From NCBI GenBank assembly GCA_963835575.1, contig CAWIGG010000004.1, forward strand, positions 1,000,016 through 1,064,015: a DNA stretch of 64,000 nt. Reading direction: 5' to 3'. The notes beneath the pieces are model-generated. The model was not told where the DNA came from, did not search any database, and saw only the letters and a program-made list of their open reading frames with translations. The position numbers were made by a program, and so were the translations under genes. Of this stretch, positions 38,001-43,446 are shown in pieces. Within the stretch, counting starts at the first letter, position 1. Every line of letters starts with the position of its first letter. The DNA comes from an uncultured Spirochaetota bacterium. GTDB taxonomy: Bacteria > Spirochaetota > Brevinematia > Brevinematales > JAOACQ01.

Positions 38001-39832
38001 AAGAATTTAATTATACCGCCTTCGGGGAAATGCTGGCTATAGGCGATCAGATTGCAATAGACAACGATGCTAAAAAAGGCATTTCTTATACTGGACATTA
38101 TTTTGATAAAGACACAAAATTATACTATGCCCGCGCCCGCTACTACGATCCGGGCATAGGGCGGTTTATTACAAGTGATCCGATTCAAGACCCATCGAAG
38201 AGATATGCTCCCGCCGGGCTGAACAGGTATGTTTACGGAGATAACTCGCCTCTGCGTTATATCGACCCTGAAGGCCAATTCGGGTTGGACGATCTCATAG
38301 CAGGAATCGTGGGCGGAATTATCGGAGCGATCAGTAATGTTATTGCTGATATAGCCAGCGGGGACTATAAGGACATTCTTCTTGATTCCATACTCGGCAG
38401 TACGGCTGGATTTATAAACGGCGTGGTGGAGCATTATGGAATACCGATGTATATATCGTTCAACACAAGGGGATTCGGCGCCGGAGTGGGCTACAACTTA
38501 GGCGGGGTTGTCAGCGTCGGCGCGGGAATTCATTCAGACTGGAGCGGACAGAATTACGGTTTCAGCGTAAACGCCGGACTTGGCGGTGTTGATAAGTACA
38601 AAGGCCTTAGTCTGGGATTCTCGGCGGGCATTGACTACGGCCCTGAAGGCCAGAAGAGCTACTTCGGGTTTAACGCCGGCGCAGGATCGATTAATTTCGG
38701 CGCTAACTGGAATTATGTTAACGGGCAATACGCCGGTTTCGGGGTTAACGGCGGTTTTGGCGGGGACATCGGTAAAGGTTATTCACTCGGACTTAACCTT
38801 GGAGCGAACTTTGACGCGAAGGGCAATTACTCAGGCGGCAGCGCAGGAATAAATATCGGGTATAATGAGAGGATTAAAGATTCAAAGGATTCAATGCAGT
38901 ATAACGGAAGTCTGGGCATAAATTTCAGCGCGGACGGAAAAGTAACTCCTTACGCTAATTTTACCGCGACGAGGTGTATTAATATTCAGAAGAATGCTGA
39001 AACGGGGAAGAAAGCCGGGAATAAGACGGCTAACGAAATTGAAATGGAGCGGCAGGGCTTGCAGCGGGATATGGCCGAGAGAATGAAAACAACTGTAATG
39101 AGTATGGAAGCCGGGATGGAAAGACCGGAAACGCCGGGAATGATGGTAATCGGCCAGAGTGTGAACGATGCCAATGACAACCAGACTGCGGGCGATGCGA
39201 TGACTGCCGGGAACGAGAAAGTGGCGGCGGCGAAAGCGGCGTATAATCAGGAAAAACAGCAGGCTATTCAGAACGGGACGCTGGGGCAATTCTATAAACG
39301 GGAAATGCTTGAAAATCTTACTTTTAACCAGGATACAGGATATTGGGTAACAACAATAGACGGGCAGACAATAAATATCGGCAGAACAAATATTGATTTA
39401 GATTTCAGCACAACCGCAACCTATACTTTAGATCAAAGTAAGGAACATATCTACACGGTTGTTTCAAATATGACTGATGATGCAATTATTGGGTTTGCCA
39501 ACTTCACAAACCATAATGAAGGCTTCGTTGTTACCAGCATGTGGCGAAATACTAATGATCCTCATGGTCATGGGACTGCTTTTGATATGGTATTCGGAAA
39601 TAACACACCTGTTTATGCGGCTGAAGGTGGTATAGTAACTACTGCTGGGAATTATGGAGGAGCCGGAATTATGATTACAATTAGCGGGACAGATAATTTA
39701 AAATACACTTATATGCACAACAATCAGCTATACTATAGTGTAAATGCAAATGTTGATGCTGGGAATAAAATTTCTTTATCGGGTGGTACGCCAAATTATG
39801 CGCCACATTTACATTTCCAAATTGGTAGATAA
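29024..39832 (+). CDS. RHS/YD-repeat polymorphic toxin with C-terminal M23-family peptidase tip
   Basis: 3602 aa. N-terminal signal peptide and a PG-binding-like segment (ENGFYNKETEAALEQF). Dozens of YD repeats (Y.YD..GN...). RHS core end YYARARYYDPGIGRFITSDP...GLNRYVYGDNSPLRYIDPEG at about 38.1-38.27 kb. Then a Gly-zipper/Gly-rich segment and a tip ending ...GHGTAFD...YMHNN...APHLHFQIGR (M23 metallopeptidase-like). Confidence 0.9.
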   Translation: MKSKSLAAALLLTCFLVLVYAGTKIALQINGKKVDIAAQNDSRNPYLYNTRLRDIQAKLNKVLSFNLTNYAPIEENGFYNKETEAALEQFREMYYKKYSLQRYYAFSAEDAVEPSSVEGLLDREIPAAADFAREYQEGMKLKNGDPAKYYGNSAWDEVLRIEKGMDGDTVDPVTGELSKTIPLYQTPAGNDHLMPIQLTARYGSQYSGNCGLGDNWYLTESYSLWFSYEKNEMIVQDGSGISQKFNFTNGGFSRDTNNNTDGGLFLNVMLDGALGTEGSTICVITARGETMIFECADNKGQDSVSNVIESISTNSLEVYGYCIVEDLRIYEVTNYTRDFMWSLKTNISVSNYGPTIKMGLYADSSNALDMTMTNSAYTNFSDWLNNGHQTVTGQKMICDKEEFKNKVWKLSDTSEGGWSVSYYAAPLATNAIEFVTNWIWGGAPLSNCTQSDTNFDMRVKVNTNIVYTQGTSYSFRRQPMGQAGIYAGYVLTNSMNRFGSVKSYSYDGFQKLLSINSYSPGGTEIDGVSITYSPAGEKGFIKVITTGLASSANGVITFSYTGNQPDHQLLDTAVVMMDGKADAHRMAYHSELLFGPGSPDGVKLSNSIFSNYSALTNSFTYITNEISFITSNIGELVQQNYVYFWEMYTNITETITHNGINTTTNISSSLFYDDKYYNNSKDYYDLLVQFMESQLPDLISNISSLTDQISNYNSGDLFPRLALLDSHIDSAGPWQEYRYGSFDTNMFGVTNRESAFRTTIVRKQGAECRLDYSGGYTEYHNFSGNTFKFHYDINQTNYDERHVDRIVYPDNSTVSFGYDKKGNITAVTNEINNAYSYGYDDFGNVTNKSMPGRNWYYEYNSVIGRYLGRPTKIVQPDHTVYTMAYDENGEMTNQTLKANDADQGKTLVQVFFSPLSANGFVKTNRDMYGSETVYTYDGSHSPVSVKNPDGGVTAYINDSFGKPLIENRSNLVTNICVYDSRGNIVEQGIAGLNHSFTEYDAAGRRLSSTDPMSNKTIYEYGAGNSLAGVIFPSGEEVRYSYDGDGNKTNEAYYAQSGFTIANKSIVYAYDPEYRLTNKALVQDGETFNYSFQYDAAGNMTLQTAESVLPDGNVPAGVSNSYAYDAISILTNQSDLISGKNISYYYDPMGRLTFENRTVTNGSGYGFSLSNTYDILGRNTASFSFTNGAAVIMTSNDYQDNDRVTVKIDRYGNQSVNYMDFRNNVTNLQYSVFNPLTEENELYTHSYIYDTLGNKTEEIYPDGTRQKWQFVFGNRLLKESGRYSDESAAAWKTYSRDAAGRVTAVNDFENKTWGKSYNSLGRLSSETDPDGRQIFYITDLWGNPMTVQQGSRRRDISYNILNKPVTVNYGDGAADSALYDAMGNVVQSMPGGASNLQTVSRYDNEGKKTYEAGFGLETYFAYDAQGNLIYKKAATAPSNHPQPLLNKEGSRTWTYAYDACGRITEEHLPDGTFISHDYAVSNGLLIETVSGPKRHNTSAADTTVNTYDQMDRLIRSQVCDDGLEAACDIGFFAGKGLISGKVFDRAGLPVKEVRPGNKIKNYKYSPEGRVTNEENEAGEVKSSVYDKNGNLTYMTDFDGNSFSNTYYNSGKLMKSLEPGNAVTSYYYDAYGNMNKKVLPDGSTWLFETDARGRTVKETNPFGGTAAFEYDALGRKMAETGPGGSYTAYDYDGNGIPTGIETQGNDGENAVKISAAVDGFGETNRVEYPTTPSPSSGKEGSQGLIVTYQYDNMGRVTNKTTTPNPLLNKEGSRTTRYKYREDGRLKRTDNPDGTAEMYAYSAAWLLTNRTVLGDTNKGDLPPKRVTAYYYGGYGDGDVRPYVSTGGFGDVECAVDYRGIVTASYYDKAGRLTNRSETAGTEPRNTITIYGLTNINNLFYRTMETWKEETHSRASLQMEWSKTVTDFRGNVLKVYRMEKGQELLTADNTYNAAGKLVSEVRQEDLGSPETRYEYGANGALSKKTEPSGLITEYSYDSAGRITETREYPADNYSQARKTDYQYHQNGRLKRKVLYDFSGPALEDTSYSYDFRGNVINKTDNLRNTAFITFYNAYGEKTEESTLWNGESSDRHYSYDAAGRLYQTTGELGSVTTYTYGDFGQTATKGISYRGDVQPYVSTSYFYDSRGNVITETVYGMTPSGSPSGKGESRLLSYTTSYQYDGWGNRTNTVYPDGSFETSEYDGSGQKINETDRYGYRTAYEYDENGRETKRTSGTPNGNLITETVYDNSGRKISETSHGETGPSRTAQYQYDSSGRLINQQIGDVSSSTGYDAFGNKTWTTTPGPSLNKEGSSTWYYQYDAAGRTTVSIDGEGNRTETSYGFDGDWRLTVTTTPNPSSGKEGSRKIIYDGFGNKIEDVDANGNSEYYQYNAAGKPTVYTDRNSNQTVYIYDSLGRQTATVDANGSVLSNVYDSFNNIIEVVDKEGRHLYREFDWAGRMIWTKDALGNEARYEYTTTPKPLLGKEGNPLGYEVEVFTDAEGNKATTYKYGKMTLAVQDALGNITSYQYNAFGELTATVDPKGNTTSLTYDLRGNKTGETTALGFSTTYQYDNNGNVINEINGEGWIKTTYNRNNQPVRKDYSDGNTKNFLYDSLGRLTRARDNFSDYSYLYDNNGSLTNRYDNINKETLAYEYDGNGNRVKMTAQDKIVNYDYDALNQIKKETVLTTKITKDTKEEINVASGFITNLSIDYSYSPMGRVTNKTYSSGLVVNYEYDPIYRLMKINNTTNGLFLSSFGYTYDKVGNRTKETARESTRIGTNGDGSASGGERVSAFLYDKAYRLVKADYSEGKFEEFEYDNSGNRLRKTSNLDGSNTVTTGYVIDNDNRLLCEQKPSGNISFIYDRAGRIIKKVEGDKVERYQYNQRDLMTKYTVEQNGSITSVSEYTYDINNLRTVKKETPETPGSVGDNTTRFTYDGDNILYEGPSFYLNNIFINSYEAEIQPLRTAVYVKDALGSVRGEIYDNPLPPVESGGSGIALKEFNYTAFGEMLAIGDQIAIDNDAKKGISYTGHYFDKDTKLYYARARYYDPGIGRFITSDPIQDPSKRYAPAGLNRYVYGDNSPLRYIDPEGQFGLDDLIAGIVGGIIGAISNVIADIASGDYKDILLDSILGSTAGFINGVVEHYGIPMYISFNTRGFGAGVGYNLGGVVSVGAGIHSDWSGQNYGFSVNAGLGGVDKYKGLSLGFSAGIDYGPEGQKSYFGFNAGAGSINFGANWNYVNGQYAGFGVNGGFGGDIGKGYSLGLNLGANFDAKGNYSGGSAGINIGYNERIKDSKDSMQYNGSLGINFSADGKVTPYANFTATRCINIQKNAETGKKAGNKTANEIEMERQGLQRDMAERMKTTVMSMEAGMERPETPGMMVIGQSVNDANDNQTAGDAMTAGNEKVAAAKAAYNQEKQQAIQNGTLGQFYKREMLENLTFNQDTGYWVTTIDGQTINIGRTNIDLDFSTTATYTLDQSKEHIYTVVSNMTDDAIIGFANFTNHNEGFVVTSMWRNTNDPHGHGTAFDMVFGNNTPVYAAEGGIVTTAGNYGGAGIMITISGTDNLKYTYMHNNQLYYSVNANVDAGNKISLSGGTPNYAPHLHFQIGR
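33336..33369 (+). repeat. CCCCTCCT/AGGAGGGG hairpin element in frame inside rhs (encodes NHPQPLLNKEGS)
   Basis: ACCACCCCCAGCCCCTCCTtaataAGGAGGGGAG. Confidence 0.85.
34205..34239 (+). repeat. CCCCTCCT/AGGAGGGG hairpin element in frame inside rhs (TTPSPSSGKEGS)
   Basis: ACCACCCCCAGCCCCTCCTcaggcaAGGAGGGGAG. Confidence 0.85.
34298..34332 (+). repeat. CCCCTCCT/AGGAGGGG hairpin element in frame inside rhs (TTPNPLLNKEGS)
   Basis: ACCACCCCCAACCCCCTCCTtaataAGGAGGGGAG. Confidence 0.85.
34524..34548 (+). repeat. GAGACG...CGTCTC hairpin element in frame inside rhs (GDVRPYVST)
   Basis: GAGACGTAC-ggcc-GTACGTCTC-TAC. Confidence 0.85.
34739..34763 (+). repeat. GAGACG...CGTCTC hairpin element in frame inside rhs (ETHSRASLQ)
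   Basis: GAGACGCAC-agcc-GTGCGTCTC-TAC. The stem carries a compensatory T/C : A/G change relative to the other copies. Confidence 0.85.
35403..35427 (+). repeat. GAGACG...CGTCTC hairpin element in frame inside rhs (GDVQPYVST)
   Basis: GAGACGTAC-agcc-GTACGTCTC-TAC. Confidence 0.85.
35482..35515 (+). repeat. Variant C-rich/G-rich hairpin in frame inside rhs (TPSGSPSGKGES)
   Basis: GACCCCCTCCGGCTCCCCCtcaggcaaGGGGGAG. Same loop as the 34205 and 36065 copies, with an altered stem. Confidence 0.7.
35912..35946 (+). repeat. CCCCTCCT/AGGAGGGG hairpin element in frame inside rhs (TTPGPSLNKEGS)
   Basis: ACCACCCCCGGCCCCTCCTtaaataAGGAGGGGAG. Confidence 0.85.
36065..36099 (+). repeat. CCCCTCCT/AGGAGGGG hairpin element in frame inside rhs (TTPNPSSGKEGS)
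   Basis: ACCACCCCCAACCCCTCCTcaggcaAGGAGGGGAG. Confidence 0.85.
36434..36468 (+). repeat. CCCCTCCT/AGGAGGGG hairpin element in frame inside rhs (TTPKPLLGKEGN)
   Basis: ACCACCCCCAAACCCCTCCTtggcaAGGAGGGGAA. Confidence 0.85.
37066..37092 (+). repeat. (CACGAAG-like)x3 tandem repeat in frame inside rhs (TKITKDTKE)
   Basis: CACGAAGATCACGAAGGACACGAAGGA; same motif as the intergenic block at 11608. Confidence 0.8.
37319..37345 (+). repeat. (CGCGAAT-like)x3 repeat in frame inside rhs (ARESTRIGTN)
   Basis: CGCGAATCCACGCGAATAGGCACGAAT; same motif as the intergenic block at 11651. It is conserved at the equivalent position of both tip cassettes (about 48.13 kb minus strand; 61821 plus strand). Confidence 0.8.
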
Positions 39833-39848
39833 TGGGAGGATACCTTTA

Positions 39849-40613
39849 ATGAAACACTTTCTAATTTTTTGCCTGATTTTTATTTTTGCCGAATTGTACA
39901 GCCAAGTCAAGTTAAATGTGGTAGCAAAGACAGGTTTGTTTTTGAGAGATAAAGCAGATAAAAATGGAAAGATATTAACTCAAGTTCCCTATGGTTCTTC
40001 TGTGGATGTAATCAAAAAAGACAGAAAATTTACATTTGATAATATTAATGGTAATTGGGTATTTGTTGAGTACAACAAATTAAAAGGTTATATTTTTAGT
40101 GGTTATTTGTCTGACTTGCCTGCACCAATCATAAATAGTAGCATTAAGGACTATTTTATAAAGCAGATAAAAGTTGAAAAAGTTATTAGCTCCAACTTTA
40201 TTATTTACAATGAAACCAATCATTATACGAATGCCAGTTATGTAACCGTGCTTTTTGGATATGATATTGTCCAAGATTATGTGGATGCGGGAATTAAAGA
40301 AGGAGAATACGAAGCGGGATTGTATTATAGCACATATTTGTTCAAAAAAAGAAAAATAGAGGAAGTTTTTGTTGTCTTAAAAGCTCTGGGGTTTTGTAAA
40401 TACATTGACTATTTTCCAATAAGTACAATTAATTTTCCTCAAAAAGATAAAGAAAGGTATTTAATTGATAAAATTCAAGTGAAGCGTAAAAGTAATAGGA
40501 TTGAAGAAATCAAGGTAATTGATTATCCCATGTCAGGTCATAGAGTTATCCAAACTTTAAAGGTTACAAACAATAATGATGTGGTGTATATTTGGGACGA
40601 GTATGGAGATTAG
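39849..40613 (+). CDS. putative cognate immunity protein, secreted, SH3-like domain
   Basis: I start it at ATG 39849 (MKHFLIFCLIFIFAELYSQ, a signal peptide) with GGGAGGA 8 nt upstream. The ORF-track extension to 39744 overlaps the toxin. The segment GLFLRDKADKNGKILTQVPYGSSVDVI...NWVFVEYNKLKGYIFSGYL resembles bacterial SH3. Its position right after the toxin tip supports the call. Confidence 0.7.
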   Translation: MKHFLIFCLIFIFAELYSQVKLNVVAKTGLFLRDKADKNGKILTQVPYGSSVDVIKKDRKFTFDNINGNWVFVEYNKLKGYIFSGYLSDLPAPIINSSIKDYFIKQIKVEKVISSNFIIYNETNHYTNASYVTVLFGYDIVQDYVDAGIKEGEYEAGLYYSTYLFKKRKIEEVFVVLKALGFCKYIDYFPISTINFPQKDKERYLIDKIQVKRKSNRIEEIKVIDYPMSGHRVIQTLKVTNNNDVVYIWDEYGD

Positions 40614-40625
40614 GAAAAACAAAAG

Positions 40626-40659
40626 ATTGAAAGCCCGTAGTGGCTACTTTCAATTTTTC
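40626..40659 (+). terminator. Hairpin plus T-tract after the immunity gene
   Basis: ATTGAAAG-cccgtagtggcta-CTTTCAAT followed by TTTTCA. The loop has internal CC/GG pairing. Confidence 0.55.
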
Positions 40660-40910
40660 AAGTAAGAAATTATAAATGAAAGGGGAAATAAAGTAAAAAA
40701 GAGCGGCAGAAAGGAGAGCAAGCGGAGGGGGTTAAGCCGGTTTCCGGACGGGAATCGGTAAAACCGGATGCTTCAGGTCGCAGGCTGGACGGAGCCGGTT
40801 GATAAGACAGACTGAAGTAAAACGGATGAAGAAGCACGAAGCGATCCGGCGGTTTATGAAGGATTATTTTGACATCCGGGTGAAGGATTGAGATTATTAA
40901 AGACAGATAG

Positions 40911-40943
40911 AAGCCCCGCCGGTAGTTCCGGCGGGGCTTTTTT
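40911..40943 (+). terminator. Strong Rho-independent terminator
   Basis: AAGCCCCGCCGG-tagtt-CCGGCGGGGCTT (12-bp perfect GC-rich stem) followed by TTTT. Confidence 0.8.
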
Positions 40944-41029
40944 GTCATCTCCCCGGCTGGATCGCGCTGATCCGGCTGACCGGGTTGGCCGGATCGGGAG
41001 AAACCGGCGGCTTCTATAGTCCGGATGAT

Positions 41030-41058
41030 TTGACAAAACCATTGCATCGGGATATTAT
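41030..41058 (+). promoter_or_regulatory. Near-consensus sigma70-like promoter inside the IR arm, pointing at the ankyrin gene
   Basis: TTGACA (41030-41035), exactly 17 nt, then TATTAT (41053-41058). GC-rich GATCCGG/CCGGATC palindromes lie just upstream. Confidence 0.65.
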
Positions 41059-41118
41059 TTATTGCTTTCAGATCAAGGGGCTTATGTTCTTATCATTGAG
41101 GTGAGAGTGGGGAAATGG

Positions 41119-41144
41119 GCGATGGCTAAACCGTCGCTTTTTTT
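41119..41144 (+). terminator. Intrinsic terminator/attenuator between the promoter and the ankyrin ATG
   Basis: GCGATGG-ctaaa-CCGTCGC (7 bp with one G-U pair) followed by TTTTTTT. It lies about 60-85 nt downstream of the predicted start site and 22 nt upstream of the ATG at 41166. Confidence 0.55.
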
Positions 41145-41165
41145 ATTTATAGAGGAAAAATAATT

Positions 41166-42092
41166 ATGAAAAAAAGAAACATGAAATACCTTAGACCCAG
41201 TATCAATATCATTACCTCAATGCTGACTCTATTATCCATGGTTTACTTACTTTTTGTAGGATTTGGAATTAAAATAATTGAAAACGACACAGAAGGGATA
41301 ATTGCTATCGTTGCAGGTTTTATAGTTTCTATCAGTTTCATTTACTGGCTATTTTTTGTTTTAATTCTTAATTTAATTCAATTTACAATCAACATTTTTA
41401 ATTCTAAAAGTATATCAGAAGAAACTGCTAATATTCATGACGCCGCTCTTAATGGAGATTTAGAAACTGTTAATAGATTAATAAAAAATGGAACTGCTGT
41501 AAATGCCACAAACGATAAAGGGTTTACTCCTCTTACTATGGCAGCCTTTAATGGACATATTAATATAGTAAAAGCCTTGTTAAATGCAAAAGCCGACATT
41601 AATGCAAAAAATAAGAAAGGGGTAACTTCACTAATGGGTGCAACTTATAAAGGCCATTCTTATATTGCGTGGACTTTACTATCAGCCGGAGCTGATGTGA
41701 ACAAAAAGTCTGAAGTGGGAACAACTGCTTTAATAGGATCGGCAGATAAAGGAAATTATGAAATAATGAGGATTCTTCTAAATGCCGGAGCAGACCCAAA
41801 TGAGAGCGATAATAACGGTCTTACAGCTTTGATGATTGCAGGTTCATACGGATATACCGATATTGTAAAAATATTAATCGAAAAAGGAGCTAATGTAAAT
41901 GCCTATGATGCTGGTGGAGCAACTCCTTTGATGGGGCCATCAGCAAATGGACATGCTGAAATAGTTAAACTTCTCTTGGAAGCAGGAGCTAAAAATGACT
42001 ACAAAACTATCGACGGATTAACTGCGCTACAACTTGCAAAAAGTAACAAACACTTTGATATAGTTGATCTCCTGAAAAATTCTAGGAGTTAA
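41166..42092 (+). CDS. membrane-anchored ankyrin-repeat protein
   Basis: Two to three N-terminal hydrophobic helices, then about 6-7 ANK repeats (e.g. GFTPLTMAAFNGHINIVKALLNAKADINAKN, GLTALMIAGSYGYTDIVKILIEKGANVNA). Confidence 0.85.
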   Translation: MKKRNMKYLRPSINIITSMLTLLSMVYLLFVGFGIKIIENDTEGIIAIVAGFIVSISFIYWLFFVLILNLIQFTINIFNSKSISEETANIHDAALNGDLETVNRLIKNGTAVNATNDKGFTPLTMAAFNGHINIVKALLNAKADINAKNKKGVTSLMGATYKGHSYIAWTLLSAGADVNKKSEVGTTALIGSADKGNYEIMRILLNAGADPNESDNNGLTALMIAGSYGYTDIVKILIEKGANVNAYDAGGATPLMGPSANGHAEIVKLLLEAGAKNDYKTIDGLTALQLAKSNKHFDIVDLLKNSRS

Positions 42093-42188
42093 TTCTTTGG
42101 AGTTTAAATATTCAATGTTAAATAACTTTACATGGCAATAACAATCTTTTTAAAACCATTTGTTTCTATGGGGAATATTAGCGAAATT

Positions 42189-42938
42189 TTATTTAATAAA
42201 CACAGCAAAGGGAAAATAGTAATTTCTTCTTCCTTTGATTAATTCTGGTGTTTGTCTTCCAGATGTTTCTGATATAACTTTTCTATTAGCTAAATCAAAA
42301 GCATCAACTATATCAATAACTCTATAACCATCTTGTGAAAGATCATAATTATCAATATTCATTTCTGAGATTAAGCTACTTGAGAAATATCCGCCTTTTG
42401 AATCTTCCCCTGCACTTTCGTCAATGCGGCATGAATTGATTTGAATTAATCCAGTTTCACAATGTTCAAGATATTTTTCAAAATAATAGCGGGAATAAGT
42501 TGAATCCTGAGACCTACGTTCGCTAAATGACAATTTATATGAATCTTGGATGATTTCCTTAAGTTTTGTTCTACAGCAATCCAATATTAACAATTGTTTT
42601 TTTGCTCCTTTAGTTAATTCTTTATAATCAATATTTTCATTTTGATTTAATTCTAGCATTGTTGTATTTCTTGATTCCGAAAACCAACCATGTCCACAAA
42701 AAACTATAAACGCATAATCTGCTGTAGATTGTATATTAGCTATTGTGCTGATGACTTGATTTTGAGATGGTTTTACTTTTGCAATAATTTCACTAGAATT
42801 CCAAGCGCCACCTATTGGGGATTTTAAAAAAGATTCATAATTTTTAATATCAGCAAAAACACCCGGACAATAATTTTTTGCATTTTCTTCACCAGGATTG
42901 CCAATTAGTAAAGCATATTTTTTAATACTCATTATCAA
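42189..42938 (-). CDS. caspase-like (peptidase C14 / CHAT-type fold) protease
   Basis: 249 aa. ALLIGN at the N-terminus, catalytic His context FIVFCGHGWF and catalytic Cys context QLLILDCCRTK, with spacing as in caspase/metacaspase p20 domains. Last gene of a three-gene minus-strand operon. Confidence 0.7.
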   Translation of the reverse strand: MIMSIKKYALLIGNPGEENAKNYCPGVFADIKNYESFLKSPIGGAWNSSEIIAKVKPSQNQVISTIANIQSTADYAFIVFCGHGWFSESRNTTMLELNQNENIDYKELTKGAKKQLLILDCCRTKLKEIIQDSYKLSFSERRSQDSTYSRYYFEKYLEHCETGLIQINSCRIDESAGEDSKGGYFSSSLISEMNIDNYDLSQDGYRVIDIVDAFDLANRKVISETSGRQTPELIKGRRNYYFPFAVFIK

Positions 42939-42951
42939 CCTCCAACTAATT

Positions 42952-43398
42952 TTATATTATAAAGGAGTTTATATATTTTTGAAATTTTAAATCATAACCA
43001 ACTATATTTTCAATTATTCCGCTTGGATTCTTCCACCAATTTTTATGTCTTATTGCCATTTCTTGAACACTTAAAAACGATTCTATTTTACTTTTACTTC
43101 CTTTAAAATATTTCCATAGATTTTCCAACAAATTAAATACAATGCAACAATAATTATCATAACGCATATATCTTTCTTCTTTTGGATTATTATTATCAAT
43201 CCATTTGCTACAAAAATCATTATCTTCTAAATATGGATATTCAATTGCGATCTGATTTATTTGCAAAATTTGGTTTTCAAGCCACAATTCATATTGCTTG
43301 GCAATTGATTTTCTTACTGTGTAATAAGAAACAATCCAAGCTATAATTGAAGAAACAACAGCAGATATTAAAGTAGATATCGGATTCCAGTCAATCAT
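42952..43398 (-). CDS. hypothetical protein with a single N-terminal TM helix
   Basis: 148 aa. ISTLISAVVSSIIAWIVSYY is a TM anchor. The remainder is Trp/Tyr-rich and soluble. The gap to the caspase-like gene is 13 nt. Confidence 0.6.
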   Translation of the reverse strand: MIDWNPISTLISAVVSSIIAWIVSYYTVRKSIAKQYELWLENQILQINQIAIEYPYLEDNDFCSKWIDNNNPKEERYMRYDNYCCIVFNLLENLWKYFKGSKSKIESFLSVQEMAIRHKNWWKNPSGIIENIVGYDLKFQKYINSFII

Positions 43399-43446
43399 AA
43401 TTTCCTTCCTATCTTTTAAATTAGTTTTTGCCGCAAATCATGATAA

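Larger units (their letters stand above)
38964..41156 (+). repeat. Left arm of a 2.19-kb inverted repeat (toxin tip 3' half, immunity gene, regulatory tail)
   Basis: From 38964 the sequence equals the reverse complement of 44315..46497. The coordinate sum is 85461 for all mirrored ORFs up to about 40.87 kb. The inner 280 nt differ by 3 SNPs (40870, 40873, 40878), a 1-nt indel in a hairpin loop and a 9-nt indel (ctgaccggg). Confidence 0.9.

Noticed and set aside
40670-41047. 125-aa minus-strand ORF and its mirror 44429..44791
   Set aside because: The translation is Pro/Arg/Ser-rich, spans a strong terminator hairpin and a promoter, and the SNPs between arms are all non-synonymous in this frame.
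41059-41144. Leader resembling a fluoride (crcB-type) riboswitch, because of GGGCGATGG...AAACCG
   Set aside because: Only a short string resembles the motif, and the rest of the consensus as I recall it is absent. I have no covariance model available, so it is not claimed.
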